Shown one piece after another: positions 53,100 to 63,232 of a stretch of DNA of 64,000 nucleotides. The stretch's first letter is position 1. Every line of letters begins with the position of its first letter. The DNA comes from Vulcanimicrobiota bacterium. Its GTDB lineage: Bacteria; Vulcanimicrobiota; Vulcanimicrobiia; Vulcanimicrobiales; Vulcanimicrobiaceae. Below the pieces are notes generated by a model, which ran no database searches, was not told the origin of the DNA, and saw only the letters and a list, made by a program, of their open reading frames with translations. The translations under genes and the position numbers were made by a program. The DNA is taken from assembly GCA_963714015.1 (NCBI GenBank), contig OY970223.1, positions 2,784,001-2,848,000 of the forward strand, given 5' to 3'.

Positions 53100-54404
53100 C
53101 TAACTTTGCAGGTAGTTGAAGAGCGTTTGGCTCTCGAGGCGGGCCGTGGTTCCGTACGCTGCCTGCAGCACGGTCTGCGTCTGAGAAAGCTGCGTGACTA
53201 CTTTTGCAATATCGGCATCTTCAATGCCCGACTGCACTTGGGTATCGTTAACAACCTGTGAACCGATGGCGCTTCCCATCGCGGAAAGCGTTTGCAGCGT
53301 TCCGCCCAGCGACGAACGCGCATTCAACATCACTTGCGTCGCACGATCGATGTCGCCGATTTGACCGGAAATCTCGGTCTGCAGATTCGCGGTCGTCTGC
53401 AACCCGAAGGCTTCGACGAAGTTTCCGGGCGAAGCAGCACCGGCGCTGGCGACGTCGGTAACGGTGAAGTTGCCGTTCGCAGACGTAAGAGTCAGACGCT
53501 GCTGCTTGTAGTCGAACGAGGCAGTTACTCCGGTCGCGCCGGTCTGCGCGTTGATCGCCGCAAGGACTTGCGGAACCGTATCGTTGGCCGGGATCGCGAC
53601 GGTAAGGCCGTTCGGCGCTTGCGAAGTGGTGAGTTCGATGTCGACGTTGCCGTTGCTGTCCGGCGTCAGCGGCGTGGCCAATATTCCAGCGGTGTTTATC
53701 GGTTGTGCACCGGCTCCGGCGACAAAGGCCGTGTCCGCTTTATTGACTTGCGCAGCGCTCTGTGAAGTCACCGTGCCGTTTTGCAGAGCGTCGCGCAGCG
53801 CGATCAGCGTCTGAAAAATGTCGGGCGATCCGTCGGGCGAATTGTAGTTGAATGCTTGCTGCAGCGTTACGCCGGCATTGACCGAGGAGCCGTTATACAG
53901 CTCCTGCTTAGTGCTGCTTTCATTGCCGGTAAAAGTAACCGACGAGACCGGTTGGCCGTTCGCGACTACAGGCGCGGTCTGCTGTCCGGACGTTCCGGCG
54001 AAGACGTACTTGCCCGCATACTGGCTGTTTGCGACGCCGATGGCTTCCTGCAGTAATCCGTCGACTTGACTCGCCATTGCCTGCTGCTGCGTCTGGCTGG
54101 TAAAACCGCCTGCGGCTTGAACCGCGATGCCGCGCGCGCTCTGCATGATGCTCGTGAGCGTCGAAAGAGAGCCGTCGACCGTCGTAAGCTGGGCGGTCGT
54201 GCTCTGAATGTTGGAGTTGGTTTGGTTCTCCTGCGCGATGGTGGTGCGGATCTGCAAGTCTTGCGCGATTTCCATAGGATTGTCCGAAGGCGCCGTCAAT
54301 TGTAGGCCCGACGACGACTCGGTCGCAAGCTGCTGCTGTTGCGCAACCAGATTGTCGATCTGGGCGATCTGGTTGTCGTACTGGGTCGATGTGGCGATTC
54401 TCAC
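53100..54404 (-). CDS. flgL: Hook-filament junction protein HAP3
   Basis: MRIATS, SSG..LTAPSDNP, ANSQYAGKYVFAG, IEDADIA, TLFNYL. Confidence 0.93.
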   Translation of the reverse strand: MRIATSTQYDNQIAQIDNLVAQQQQLATESSSGLQLTAPSDNPMEIAQDLQIRTTIAQENQTNSNIQSTTAQLTTVDGSLSTLTSIMQSARGIAVQAAGGFTSQTQQQAMASQVDGLLQEAIGVANSQYAGKYVFAGTSGQQTAPVVANGQPVSSVTFTGNESSTKQELYNGSSVNAGVTLQQAFNYNSPDGSPDIFQTLIALRDALQNGTVTSQSAAQVNKADTAFVAGAGAQPINTAGILATPLTPDSNGNVDIELTTSQAPNGLTVAIPANDTVPQVLAAINAQTGATGVTASFDYKQQRLTLTSANGNFTVTDVASAGAASPGNFVEAFGLQTTANLQTEISGQIGDIDRATQVMLNARSSLGGTLQTLSAMGSAIGSQVVNDTQVQSGIEDADIAKVVTQLSQTQTVLQAAYGTTARLESQTLFNYLQS

Positions 54405-54432
54405 GTGCGTCTAGCCTCCATGCCGTTCGTCG

Positions 54433-56577
54433 TTAGTTTCCGGTTCCAAGGGTCGTAATAACCGTGTTCAGGAGCGAGTCCATAACGTTCATCGTGCGCG
54501 CCACGGCTTGATACGCGTTTTGGTACTTGATCAAATTCTGCGTCTCTTCGTCGATGTTGATGCCGTCGACGCTTTGGCGCGCCGTATCGATGTTTTGCGC
54601 GAGGGTCGTCTGCGCAGACGATCCCGCGGTCGCGGTCTGAACGTCCGAGCCCATCTTCGTAACGAGCTGACCGTAATACTGGCCTGCCGTCTGGTTCTGC
54701 GCCGAGGCAATCGAGAAGCCCGCGGCGTGCGCATTGGCGAAGGTTGCCGTAAACGACTCGATGCCGGTCGCGGGGTTGGTGTTGACCGCCGACACGGTTA
54801 CGTTTTCTTGCGGCGGTCCGCCGCCGGGCTGCGCGTCGATCGTGAGAACGTCGCCCACCTGCACGTTGTTTACGCCTGCGGGAAGCGCGATGGTCGCGAG
54901 GCCGGGCGCCGCGACGGTTTGGATTCCGCTGTTCGTCTGAACCGCCGGTACGCCGACGTTCGAAGCGAACATCTGCAGCAGCGCGTTGGCGCCGCTCGTA
55001 TCGCTTGCTCCGAACGCGTTGGAGCTGTTCTGCTGTACGCCGTTTACGCCGGACGCGCCGAGTGCGCCGAGGATCGACGTTCCCGCCACGGCCGGATTGT
55101 TGCTGTCGGTAATGGTGAACGTCGGATCGGTCGGCGTTCCGGCTGCGGCCTGCGCGGCACGGTGCACCAAATCGATGTTCGACGGGTCGCGCATGAACAC
55201 GATCGATTGAGAAGACGCGTCGAACGATGCGGTCACGCCGTAGTGCATGCCGTTGAAGTGGCTGACGAACGCGTCGACCGACGTGTCGGTCGTGTTCGTG
55301 TCGTAGTTGAACGTTTGCGCCACGCCGTCCACAGTAACGGTCAGCGTCCCGCTGATTCCCGCGGCAGCCGGCGGATCGCTGAGCGCGCCGTTAGCATTGA
55401 GCGGGGCTGAGGTGTCGACCGTGTTATTGGCGGAGTTCATCGGCTGAACGAGCGTTCCGGCCGCCGTCGAGGCAAGCGAAACGGGAAGCTGTGCCGGGTC
55501 TGTAATGCCCACGCTGATGTTGGATGCGGTAATCGCGGTGTTCGGGACGGCGGACGTGAAGAGCGCGGTGCCCGGAATGCCGTTCTGATCGTACCCCGCT
55601 TCCGTAATGCGGTTCGTTTCCGAAGCCAGCGTCGAAGCGAACCCGTCCAGCTGCTGCCCGTACACCGTAAGCTTGTTGTTGTACAGATCCTGATAGCCGG
55701 CGAGCTGCCCGCTCCCTAGGTTGATGCCGGGGGCACCGGCTGCCGCGGGCGGATTCGTGTCGAACTGAATCTTGAACGCCGGCGCGCCGTTCGACGCGAC
55801 GCCGATGACCGGCTGCGCTAAATGATACGCTACGGAGTCGTTCACCAGCGCTTGGCCGTTGACCGTTATGAGCGCCGATCCGTCCGGCTGGATGCTGGTC
55901 TGCGTCGACACGTACTGCGAGAGCTGATCGGTGAGCTGGTCGCGCTCGTCTTCCAGCGTGTTGGGGTTGTCCCCAACTGCGGTGGACGCACGAATCTGTC
56001 CGTTGAGCGCAGCGATCTGGTCGAGCAGCGAATTGACCTGGTTGACCGCCGAGCCGGCCTGCTGGAGCACTTGAGCCTGCTGCTGCGAGATCGCCGAAGC
56101 ACCGGAATTGAGCACGCCGGCGAGGGATTGCGCCGCGGAGATTACGGCCGCATTGGCACTGGTCGAGCCGCCGGAGGATGCAAGTTGGTTGACGGCGGTT
56201 TGGAACGCCGTGTAATAGGAGTTGACGCCGTTGCTCGGCTCGCCGAACGAGGACTGCAGCGAACTGAGCGTGCTCTGTTCGGTCGAGAAGTAGTTCTGCG
56301 AGGACGACGCTCCGCGGAAAAGCGAATCGTAGGAATCGTCGTGAATGCGCTGCACCGAAGCGACAATCGAACCGGTACCGAGCGTTCCGGGAATGTGCGC
56401 GGCGCCGAACGGCGATCCACTGATGGCCGGAGCCTCGCTGATGTTCACGATCTGACGCGACGCTCCGGGCGTGTCCTGGTTCGCGATGTTGTCCGAAGTG
56501 ACGTTCGTCGCTTCTTGAAACGTGTCGAGCGCGTTGCCGAGGATGCCGAAGCCGAAGAAACTCCCGAGGTAGCTCAT
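54433..56577 (-). CDS. flgK: Hook-associated protein HAP1
   Basis: NIANQDTPGASRQ, LEDERD, GINIDEETQNLIKYQNAY. Confidence 0.93.
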   Translation of the reverse strand: MSYLGSFFGFGILGNALDTFQEATNVTSDNIANQDTPGASRQIVNISEAPAISGSPFGAAHIPGTLGTGSIVASVQRIHDDSYDSLFRGASSSQNYFSTEQSTLSSLQSSFGEPSNGVNSYYTAFQTAVNQLASSGGSTSANAAVISAAQSLAGVLNSGASAISQQQAQVLQQAGSAVNQVNSLLDQIAALNGQIRASTAVGDNPNTLEDERDQLTDQLSQYVSTQTSIQPDGSALITVNGQALVNDSVAYHLAQPVIGVASNGAPAFKIQFDTNPPAAAGAPGINLGSGQLAGYQDLYNNKLTVYGQQLDGFASTLASETNRITEAGYDQNGIPGTALFTSAVPNTAITASNISVGITDPAQLPVSLASTAAGTLVQPMNSANNTVDTSAPLNANGALSDPPAAAGISGTLTVTVDGVAQTFNYDTNTTDTSVDAFVSHFNGMHYGVTASFDASSQSIVFMRDPSNIDLVHRAAQAAAGTPTDPTFTITDSNNPAVAGTSILGALGASGVNGVQQNSSNAFGASDTSGANALLQMFASNVGVPAVQTNSGIQTVAAPGLATIALPAGVNNVQVGDVLTIDAQPGGGPPQENVTVSAVNTNPATGIESFTATFANAHAAGFSIASAQNQTAGQYYGQLVTKMGSDVQTATAGSSAQTTLAQNIDTARQSVDGINIDEETQNLIKYQNAYQAVARTMNVMDSLLNTVITTLGTGN

Positions 56578-57083
56578 ACTTTACTGCTCACGATGACGCT
56601 TGCGCCCGGGGGCGCGACGAAGCCGCGGCGGCGGTAGACTCCGGTTCGCTCACTCAAGGTCTCTTGAACCTTTGCGGTGATCTTCATCAAGCGATCCAGT
56701 CCGGCGACGATCAGCGACTTGTTGTTGTTGATGGTAATTCCCAGCGCGGTCGAGCCGTATCGCAGTTCGGCCAGACGCTGGTTGAAGTGTCCCGCCAAAT
56801 GCGGCGGAGCGTAGCGGCAAACTTGGTCGAGCGTCAGTGTTGCGAAGCCGCGTACCTGCATGCCGCGACGCTTTGCCGAGGCGGCCTGGTGATCCAAGCG
56901 CGCGCTGTTGAGCCAGCGATCGGCTTCCGCGATCTCTTCGGGAGAACCGTTCACGAGCATCGAGGTGACGTGACGGGCGGCGGCATTCAGGCGCTGAAGG
57001 CCGACCGACTCTTCCCAGAGCGCCAAATTGAACGCATCCCAGGAATCTCCGGAGGTAGGTTGGACGGCGGCATGGGCGGTCAT
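56574..57083 (-). CDS. flgN: FlgN-like export chaperone
   Basis: Helical protein between flgJ and flgK; NNKSLI and C-terminal GVY..G pattern. Confidence 0.6.
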   Translation of the reverse strand: MTAHAAVQPTSGDSWDAFNLALWEESVGLQRLNAAARHVTSMLVNGSPEEIAEADRWLNSARLDHQAASAKRRGMQVRGFATLTLDQVCRYAPPHLAGHFNQRLAELRYGSTALGITINNNKSLIVAGLDRLMKITAKVQETLSERTGVYRRRGFVAPPGASVIVSSKV

Positions 57084-57442
57084 GGTTCGAGCTCCCGCGG
57101 CAGTGAAGTTTTGGATTCGCGAGCAGCGTCCGTCAGCACGCTAGAGCGCAACTGCTGCTCGAGGACTTTGGCTATGCCGAACGAGCCGCTCTGCGCAACT
57201 GCTTGCGAACGCTGCTCGTCGAGCATCTGTTGGAACGTATCTTCCGAACTGGACTCGTTGCCGAAGATGCTTTCCTTCGGAACCGTCTGGCGCATTGCGG
57301 AAAAGAGCATGTCCAAGAACACGCCTTCGAGCTGCGTTGCCGCAGTATGAAGCCGCTGCAGCGCCTGCTTTTGCGTCGCCGTCAGGTTCTCGGACGTCGG
57401 AGTCTGCGTGGACGCGGACGTGTTCTGAATGCTCATCGTCAT
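57080..57442 (-). CDS. flgJ: Rod-binding protein (short FlgJ)
   Basis: AATQLEGVFL.MLFSAMRQTVP, FQQMLDEQ, FGIAKVL. Confidence 0.88.
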   Translation of the reverse strand: MTMSIQNTSASTQTPTSENLTATQKQALQRLHTAATQLEGVFLDMLFSAMRQTVPKESIFGNESSSEDTFQQMLDEQRSQAVAQSGSFGIAKVLEQQLRSSVLTDAARESKTSLPRELEP

Positions 57443-58548
57443 TGAATCTCTAGGTCCGCCTGCATTGCGCCGGCTTCACGAAGCGCTTGCACGATGGCGA
57501 TCAAATCGCGCGGAGAGACACCCATGGTGTTGAGCGCGCGCACGACGGACGAGAGTGTCGCCGCTCCGGCCACGAACGTCAGTTGACGCTTCTGCTCGAC
57601 CGCCTGGATTCGCGTGTTGTTCTGAAGGCCGCCGCCGCTGGTGCTGAACGGCGCCGGGACGAACTTCTGCTCCGTCGTGATCGTGATGGAGAGATTTCCG
57701 TGCGCAATGGCGCAGGGCGCGAGCTTGATGTCGCCGCCGAAGACGATCGTGCCGGTGCGTTCGTTCATAATCACCTTCGCCAGTTGGTCTTGATCCAGCG
57801 AGACGTCGCTGGCATCGGCCAGAAACTGCACGGGATTGTTGGCGTAGGTTGGGGGCAGCGTTATGTGCACCGTCTCGGCGTCCAGCGCACCCGCCGTGCC
57901 GCCGCCGAAGTGATGGTTCAGCGCGGTGGCCAGGTTTGCGGCAGTCTTGAAATCCGGCGTCGTCAGAACGTAGTTGAATCCGTTCCCGCTTTGAATCGGC
58001 GTGACCATGTCGCGCGCGACGACTGCACCGTTCGGAATCCGTCCTGCGGTAGGATGATTTTGGGTCACATTAGGACCTGAGGCATAACCCGCGCTGAAGC
58101 CGCCTATCGAGACCGGTCCTTGCGCGGTTGCGTACACGAGATCGTTCGCGGCTTTGAGCTCGGTCATGATCAACGTTCCACCCTGCAGGCTGTTGGAGTC
58201 ACCCATCGCCGAGACGGTAACGTCGATATTGTCGCCCGAGTGCGCGAACGGCGGAAGCGTCGCGGTGACTATCACCGCGGCGACGTCGCGCGTGCGTACT
58301 TCATTGCTTGTGGTGTTCAGCCCGAACGATTGCAGCACGTTTTGAATCGTGTGGCTCGTGAAGATTACCGAAGTCGAGTCGCCCGTACCGTTCAGACCCG
58401 TCACGAGACCGTAGCCCACGAGTTGGTTGCCGGTCACGCCCTGTACCCGCGCAACGTCCTTCACCAGGACGCTGGTTTCGGCAAAGGCCGAGGCCGTGCA
58501 GAGCACCGAGAAGGCCAGGGTTGCGGAGAGAAATCGCTTCAATATCAT
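57439..58548 (-). CDS. flgI: Flagellar P-ring protein
   Basis: NQLVGYGLVTGLNGTGD, SLQGGTL, NERTGTIV. Confidence 0.97.
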   Translation of the reverse strand: MILKRFLSATLAFSVLCTASAFAETSVLVKDVARVQGVTGNQLVGYGLVTGLNGTGDSTSVIFTSHTIQNVLQSFGLNTTSNEVRTRDVAAVIVTATLPPFAHSGDNIDVTVSAMGDSNSLQGGTLIMTELKAANDLVYATAQGPVSIGGFSAGYASGPNVTQNHPTAGRIPNGAVVARDMVTPIQSGNGFNYVLTTPDFKTAANLATALNHHFGGGTAGALDAETVHITLPPTYANNPVQFLADASDVSLDQDQLAKVIMNERTGTIVFGGDIKLAPCAIAHGNLSITITTEQKFVPAPFSTSGGGLQNNTRIQAVEQKRQLTFVAGAATLSSVVRALNTMGVSPRDLIAIVQALREAGAMQADLEIQ

Positions 58549-58549
58549 G

Positions 58550-59146
58550 TCAGAATAAAAAATCCAGAATGTGGCGAATGAGGCCCTCGCTCTTCTGCTG
58601 GAAGTTTCCGCTGAAGGAGCCTTGGGCGTCGGCGACGCGCGAGGAGAGAACCGTGTCGGTTACGTCGATGTCTTCGGGCCGCACGAAGCCCGTAATGTGC
58701 AGCACTTGGTTTTGACCGTTGACGACCATGTCTTGATCGCCGCTGATCTCCAGCGCGCCGCTGGGCAGCACGCCGATCACCGTGCACATCATGTCGCTCA
58801 GAAAGGACGTCGTGCCGTTCTCGGTCTTGCTGCTTTGCGTTCCGGACTGCCCGCCCAGCGATGTGGGGATGCGCAGGAAGCCCAGGGAGAAGTTCCCGGT
58901 ACCGCCGGGTGTTCCGACGTTGAACTGCTTGCTGTCGTTCACGACGTCGCTGCTGGCACTGTTCACCGCGAAGTTGAATTGGACGTGGACCAGATCGCCG
59001 ATCTGCGAGGCCCGGTGGTCCGGTCCCAGACGCAGCGGATGACCCGCGCCGGCCGCCGCGGGCTGCGCGACGTAAAGCGTGTCGGCCAAAACGCCGGCCG
59101 GCAGCAGCGCAATAACGAGCGCTAAGACGGCATATCTGTATTTCAC
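58550..59146 (-). CDS. flgH: Flagellar L-ring protein
   Basis: RASQIGDLV, VLPSGAL.I.G, GFVRPEDI..TVLSSRVADA. Confidence 0.9.
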   Translation of the reverse strand: MKYRYAVLALVIALLPAGVLADTLYVAQPAAAGAGHPLRLGPDHRASQIGDLVHVQFNFAVNSASSDVVNDSKQFNVGTPGGTGNFSLGFLRIPTSLGGQSGTQSSKTENGTTSFLSDMMCTVIGVLPSGALEISGDQDMVVNGQNQVLHITGFVRPEDIDVTDTVLSSRVADAQGSFSGNFQQKSEGLIRHILDFLF

Positions 59147-59853
59147 TGATCGCCTCCCGAGATGTCGAGTTCCACCGTGCCCGGAGCCGTTACGGTACCG
59201 GACAGTGCCTTATGCGTCATCGGATTGTAAACGAAGACCTCGTCGCCTAATCCGCCGCTCGTGCGCGCCACCGCGTCCGCAGTCACTGCAACGCCGCTGT
59301 CGCGAACGATGAAGACCACGGTCGATCCGGCTTGAACGATTTGGTTGACGGCCGTCTCCTGAATCGTTATCGGCGAGCCCTTTAGCGAAGCGGAGAGGAT
59401 CTTGCGCCCCACGAGTGCATCGATTCCGTTAGCCGCTTGCCCGGTATACGGAACGCGGCCGATTGTTAAGTCTTCGGATGCAAGTACCGTTCCGGGCAGC
59501 AGATCGTGCGAGGCTACGGCTGTTTGCACGTACTGCTGTACGCGGTAGCCGACCATCACGGTGCGGTCCTCGCGGCCGTCTACGTCGATCTCGACCGGAA
59601 CGTTGATGAACGACGTATTGCCCACCGGCGTGCCGGCGTGCAGATCGACGCGGCCGGTCTGGACGATCTGATCCGGCACCATCGATTCTTGAACCAGGTC
59701 CTGATCCGGATCCAGCGACACGGTCGAAAGCTCGTGCGCCGCAAGGATGCTGATGCGCTTTCCGGAGATTCGCTGCGTGGAAATGCCTTGCGCACCCGCA
59801 CCGAGCGGTGCGAGTGCGAGGATCGAGGCCAGCGCGATCCCGATGAGGCGCAT
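59143..59853 (-). CDS. flgA: P-ring formation chaperone
   Basis: Signal peptide, SAF domain, GGLGDEVFVYNP. Confidence 0.85.
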   Translation of the reverse strand: MRLIGIALASILALAPLGAGAQGISTQRISGKRISILAAHELSTVSLDPDQDLVQESMVPDQIVQTGRVDLHAGTPVGNTSFINVPVEIDVDGREDRTVMVGYRVQQYVQTAVASHDLLPGTVLASEDLTIGRVPYTGQAANGIDALVGRKILSASLKGSPITIQETAVNQIVQAGSTVVFIVRDSGVAVTADAVARTSGGLGDEVFVYNPMTHKALSGTVTAPGTVELDISGGDQ

Positions 59854-59855
59854 CG

Positions 59856-60641
59856 TTATTGGTTCATCTGGTTCACGGTCTGCAGCATCTGATCTGCGGC
59901 CGTGATGGACTTGGAGTTGGCTTCGAATGCGCGCTGCGCAACGATCATGTTGACGATCTCTTGAACGACTTGAACGTTGGAATTCTCGAGATAGCCCTCT
60001 TGCAGCGAACCCATTCCGTTGATGGACGCCTGTCCGACGACCGGCGCGCCCGAAGCGGCAGTCTGGGTGAACAGATTATTCCCCTGCGGCGCAAGGCCGG
60101 CCGGATTGACGAAATTTGCGAGCGTAATCGTTCCAATCTGCTGCGGCTGCGTCGATCCGGGAACCATGGCCGTCACCGTACCGTCGGCGCCGACGGCGAT
60201 CGACTGCGCGTTCTGCGGAATGGTCAGCTGCGGCTGGACGAAGTACCCGTCCGAGGTTACCAGCGCACCGTTTGCGTCCTGTTTGAACGACCCGTCGCGC
60301 GTGTATGCGGTCGTGCCGTCCGGCATCGTTACTTGGAAGAAACCTTGACCTTGAATTGCGAGATCCAGATTGTTGCCGGTCTGAACCAGGTTGCCTTGAG
60401 AGAAGATCTTCTCGGAGGAGCCGACCTTCACGCCTAAACCAACTTCTTGTCCGACCGGAACGACGGCCGCGCCGACCGGCGATCCCGGCGCTTGAATTTG
60501 CTGGTACACCAGGTCTTGGAAGCGCGCTTGATTGCGCATGAACCCGGTGGTGGACACGTTCGCCAGGTTGTTGGAGATGGTGTCCATGTTGTACTGTTGG
60601 GCTTCCATACCGCTGGCCGCGGTGTAGAGTGCTCGCATCAT
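59856..60641 (-). CDS. flgG: Distal basal-body rod protein
   Basis: ALYTAASGM, NNLANV, FQDLVYQ, YTRDGSF, LENSNV. Confidence 0.96.
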   Translation of the reverse strand: MMRALYTAASGMEAQQYNMDTISNNLANVSTTGFMRNQARFQDLVYQQIQAPGSPVGAAVVPVGQEVGLGVKVGSSEKIFSQGNLVQTGNNLDLAIQGQGFFQVTMPDGTTAYTRDGSFKQDANGALVTSDGYFVQPQLTIPQNAQSIAVGADGTVTAMVPGSTQPQQIGTITLANFVNPAGLAPQGNNLFTQTAASGAPVVGQASINGMGSLQEGYLENSNVQVVQEIVNMIVAQRAFEANSKSITAADQMLQTVNQMNQ

Positions 60642-60656
60642 GTTCGGTTTACTTCC

Positions 60657-61448
60657 TTATTGACCGGTCGAGCGCGCCACGTTTGCGGTCGCCAAGCCGT
60701 TAGCGGTGTCGTGAGTTTGGATGACTTTTTCATTTGCTTCGAACCAACGTTGCGCCGTGATCAAATCGACCATGGATCGCACGACGTTGGCATTGCTGCG
60801 CTCGAGGAATCCTTGGTTGACCGTTGAGGTCGCGTCCAGCGCCGGGCGGCCTGCGCCCGTGTCGACGAAGCGATTGTCGCCTTCGGGGCGAACTGCCGTG
60901 AGGTTACCGAAGCTTACGACGCGCAATTGGTCTACGATCTGGCCGTTTTGACGAACGGTGCCGTCCTGCGCTATTTGCACGGGACCGGCCTGCAGTTGAA
61001 TCGAACCGTTGCGGCCCAGAACGCGGTCGCCCTCGAGCGTCACCAAATTGCCTTGGCCGTCGCGTGTGAACTCACCGTCGCGCGTGTAGCGAATGCCCTG
61101 CGCGGTCTGCAGCGTAAAGAAACCGTTACCTTGAATCGCGAGATCGAGGCCGTTGCCGGTGCTCTCGAGCGATCCTTGCTCGAAGACGGCGGGAGTATCG
61201 GACACCTGCGCGCCCGTTCCCAATGAGCCGACATACTGCGAATGCGCAACGCCCGTCACCGTTCCGTTGAGCGCGGTCGCCGGATCGTTTTGAAGGCGGT
61301 AAATATTCATGTCCGGCGCTGATTGCACCTGGAGCAGCGTGCGCTTGAATCCGGCCGTGTTGACGTTCGCGAGATTGTTTGCGATGACGTCGGCCTGCGA
61401 TTCCGCTACCAGCGCTCCCGAGGCTGCCGTGTAAAGCCCTCGTACCAA
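60657..61448 (-). CDS. flgF: Basal-body rod protein FlgF/FlgG family
   Basis: RGLYTAASG, NNLANVNTAGFK, YTRDGEF, LERSNAN; TTG start after GGAGGG. Confidence 0.9.
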   Translation of the reverse strand: MVRGLYTAASGALVAESQADVIANNLANVNTAGFKRTLLQVQSAPDMNIYRLQNDPATALNGTVTGVAHSQYVGSLGTGAQVSDTPAVFEQGSLESTGNGLDLAIQGNGFFTLQTAQGIRYTRDGEFTRDGQGNLVTLEGDRVLGRNGSIQLQAGPVQIAQDGTVRQNGQIVDQLRVVSFGNLTAVRPEGDNRFVDTGAGRPALDATSTVNQGFLERSNANVVRSMVDLITAQRWFEANEKVIQTHDTANGLATANVARSTGQ

Positions 61449-61571
61449 AAGAAAAACCCTCCGCACGAGTAGGTGGTCCGCAGTAACTGCGTCCTTGCGA
61501 AGCCGTCAATCGGTCGGGCTTCGCCGCGGCCCCCACCCCGTGCGAGGGTAGTCCAGCCGCGTTCTTTTCAA

Positions 61572-61599
61572 CTATCGGCAAGCGGGCGCCGAGGGTTTA
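61572..61599 (-). promoter_or_regulatory. Sigma-28 promoter of flgF operon
   Basis: TAAA-N16-GCCGATAG. Confidence 0.75.
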
Positions 61600-61609
61600 G
61601 GCCGCTCCC

Positions 61610-63187
61610 TCAGAGACCGCCGAATGCGTACGAATAGTCTTTCAAATGCGGCCAGATTTCGTTCAGCGGCTTTACGGGATCGCGCAATATCCAGATGGGA
61701 AGATTGTTTTCATACGGCATTGCGAGCGGATTGTAAAAAGTTGCAGCGCGCGTGACGGATCGATAGTACGGAAGGAGCTCCTTCCCGTTGACGTCCACGA
61801 TTACGGCTCCGCTGAAGCCGCGCGGACCCCAGACCCAGTAGGTGTCGTTTCCGCTCAGCGCCGGCGGCAAGCCGAGCGGGCCGTCGTAGTAATCGATTGC
61901 GGAAGCTTCACCGAAATTGTGCGAGTAGATCGCAGCACTCGCGCGATCGCCCGGTGTCAAGCCGTCGTAAATTTTTCGAACTTGGGCTGCGAGTTCAGGC
62001 CAACCGGTCATGTCGCCGTAGTATTGAATCGGTAGATTGTTGCCGGCTTTCTCTACGTGGAAGTTGATGTGAAATGCCCGGCCAAGGAATTCCTGATACG
62101 CAATGTACGTGCCCATGGGCAGCACCGGAATGACGAACGGCGTCGAAGGTACTGCGCAAGCGGCGACTATTGCGACGATGGCCTGTCGCCACGCACGCAG
62201 CCCGGTGGTCCAGCTCCCGATGGGCACGGCTCCCGCTGCGATCAGGTATGGGTACACCGGACCCGGGTAGTAATTCTTTGCGTCGAGCGACCACATCATC
62301 GCAATCAGCACCAGATAGGCGTAGCCCAGAAATCGCAGACGCGGTTTCCAGAGCAGCCATCCCAGGCCGATGAGCCATTCCAGCGAGAGCAGCGGGCTCA
62401 TTATCATGATTTGCTGGATTGGGAACGGCGGCCAGCGCAGCAAGAACTTGTCGTAGTCATTGTGGAGCAGCTGCAGAATCGGCCAATGATATTGCCACTG
62501 CCACCATACGTCCGGCGCGACGAGCAGCGCACCGAGCGCCGCACCGGCGGCGAACCACCACGAACGCAGCACGCGCCGCTCCGGAGTCAGAATCAGCCCG
62601 GCAATCAAGGCTACGGCGAAAAAGGCGACGCTGTATTTTGCCCAGCCCGCGAACGCTGCGAGCGCTCCGACCGCGAGCCACCATCGCGGGTTGGCTCCCT
62701 TCGTGATGCGCCACACCCAAAGCGCAATCAGCGACCAGGTCGCCGTCTCGATCGTGTCCGGAGAAAGGCGCGCTCCGAATGCCATCAGCACGGGCGAGGC
62801 GATCGTCACCAATGCCGCGAGGGCTATTGCAAAGACTTCACCGCCCAAATCGTACGCAAAAACGCATGCGACGTAGGTGGCCACCCCCGAGAAGACCGCG
62901 GGAATCGCGCGCAGCGCGAAAAGCGAGTGACCGAAGCTTTGCGAGAATGCGGCCAGAAGCGGAACGAGCGAGGGTTGATCGACGTACCCCAAGCTGGGGT
63001 GCAATCCGCAAATGATGAAGTAGAGTTCGTCCCGGAAAAATCCGTAGTGCGCGTTGCCTCCAAGGTGGAGCGCAAGCGCGACTAGGCCCGCCAGCAGCGG
63101 GACTCGGCGGCGTAATCGCGGCCGAGCCGCCTGAACGGGCGGCTGGGCGGAGCCGGCCGGTATCGTAATCGGTCGCTCGAGCAGCAC
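61610..63187 (-). CDS. ArnT/PMT-like (GT39) membrane glycosyltransferase
   Basis: YGFFRDELYF, GYVDQP, multiple TM, NFGEASAI, YWVWGP. Confidence 0.85.
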   Translation of the reverse strand: MLLERPITIPAGSAQPPVQAARPRLRRRVPLLAGLVALALHLGGNAHYGFFRDELYFIICGLHPSLGYVDQPSLVPLLAAFSQSFGHSLFALRAIPAVFSGVATYVACVFAYDLGGEVFAIALAALVTIASPVLMAFGARLSPDTIETATWSLIALWVWRITKGANPRWWLAVGALAAFAGWAKYSVAFFAVALIAGLILTPERRVLRSWWFAAGAALGALLVAPDVWWQWQYHWPILQLLHNDYDKFLLRWPPFPIQQIMIMSPLLSLEWLIGLGWLLWKPRLRFLGYAYLVLIAMMWSLDAKNYYPGPVYPYLIAAGAVPIGSWTTGLRAWRQAIVAIVAACAVPSTPFVIPVLPMGTYIAYQEFLGRAFHINFHVEKAGNNLPIQYYGDMTGWPELAAQVRKIYDGLTPGDRASAAIYSHNFGEASAIDYYDGPLGLPPALSGNDTYWVWGPRGFSGAVIVDVNGKELLPYYRSVTRAATFYNPLAMPYENNLPIWILRDPVKPLNEIWPHLKDYSYAFGGL

Positions 63188-63232
63188 GGTTGCTCGTATA
63201 CCCGCTCCGAGCGGCCAGTACCCGCGTGAAAT

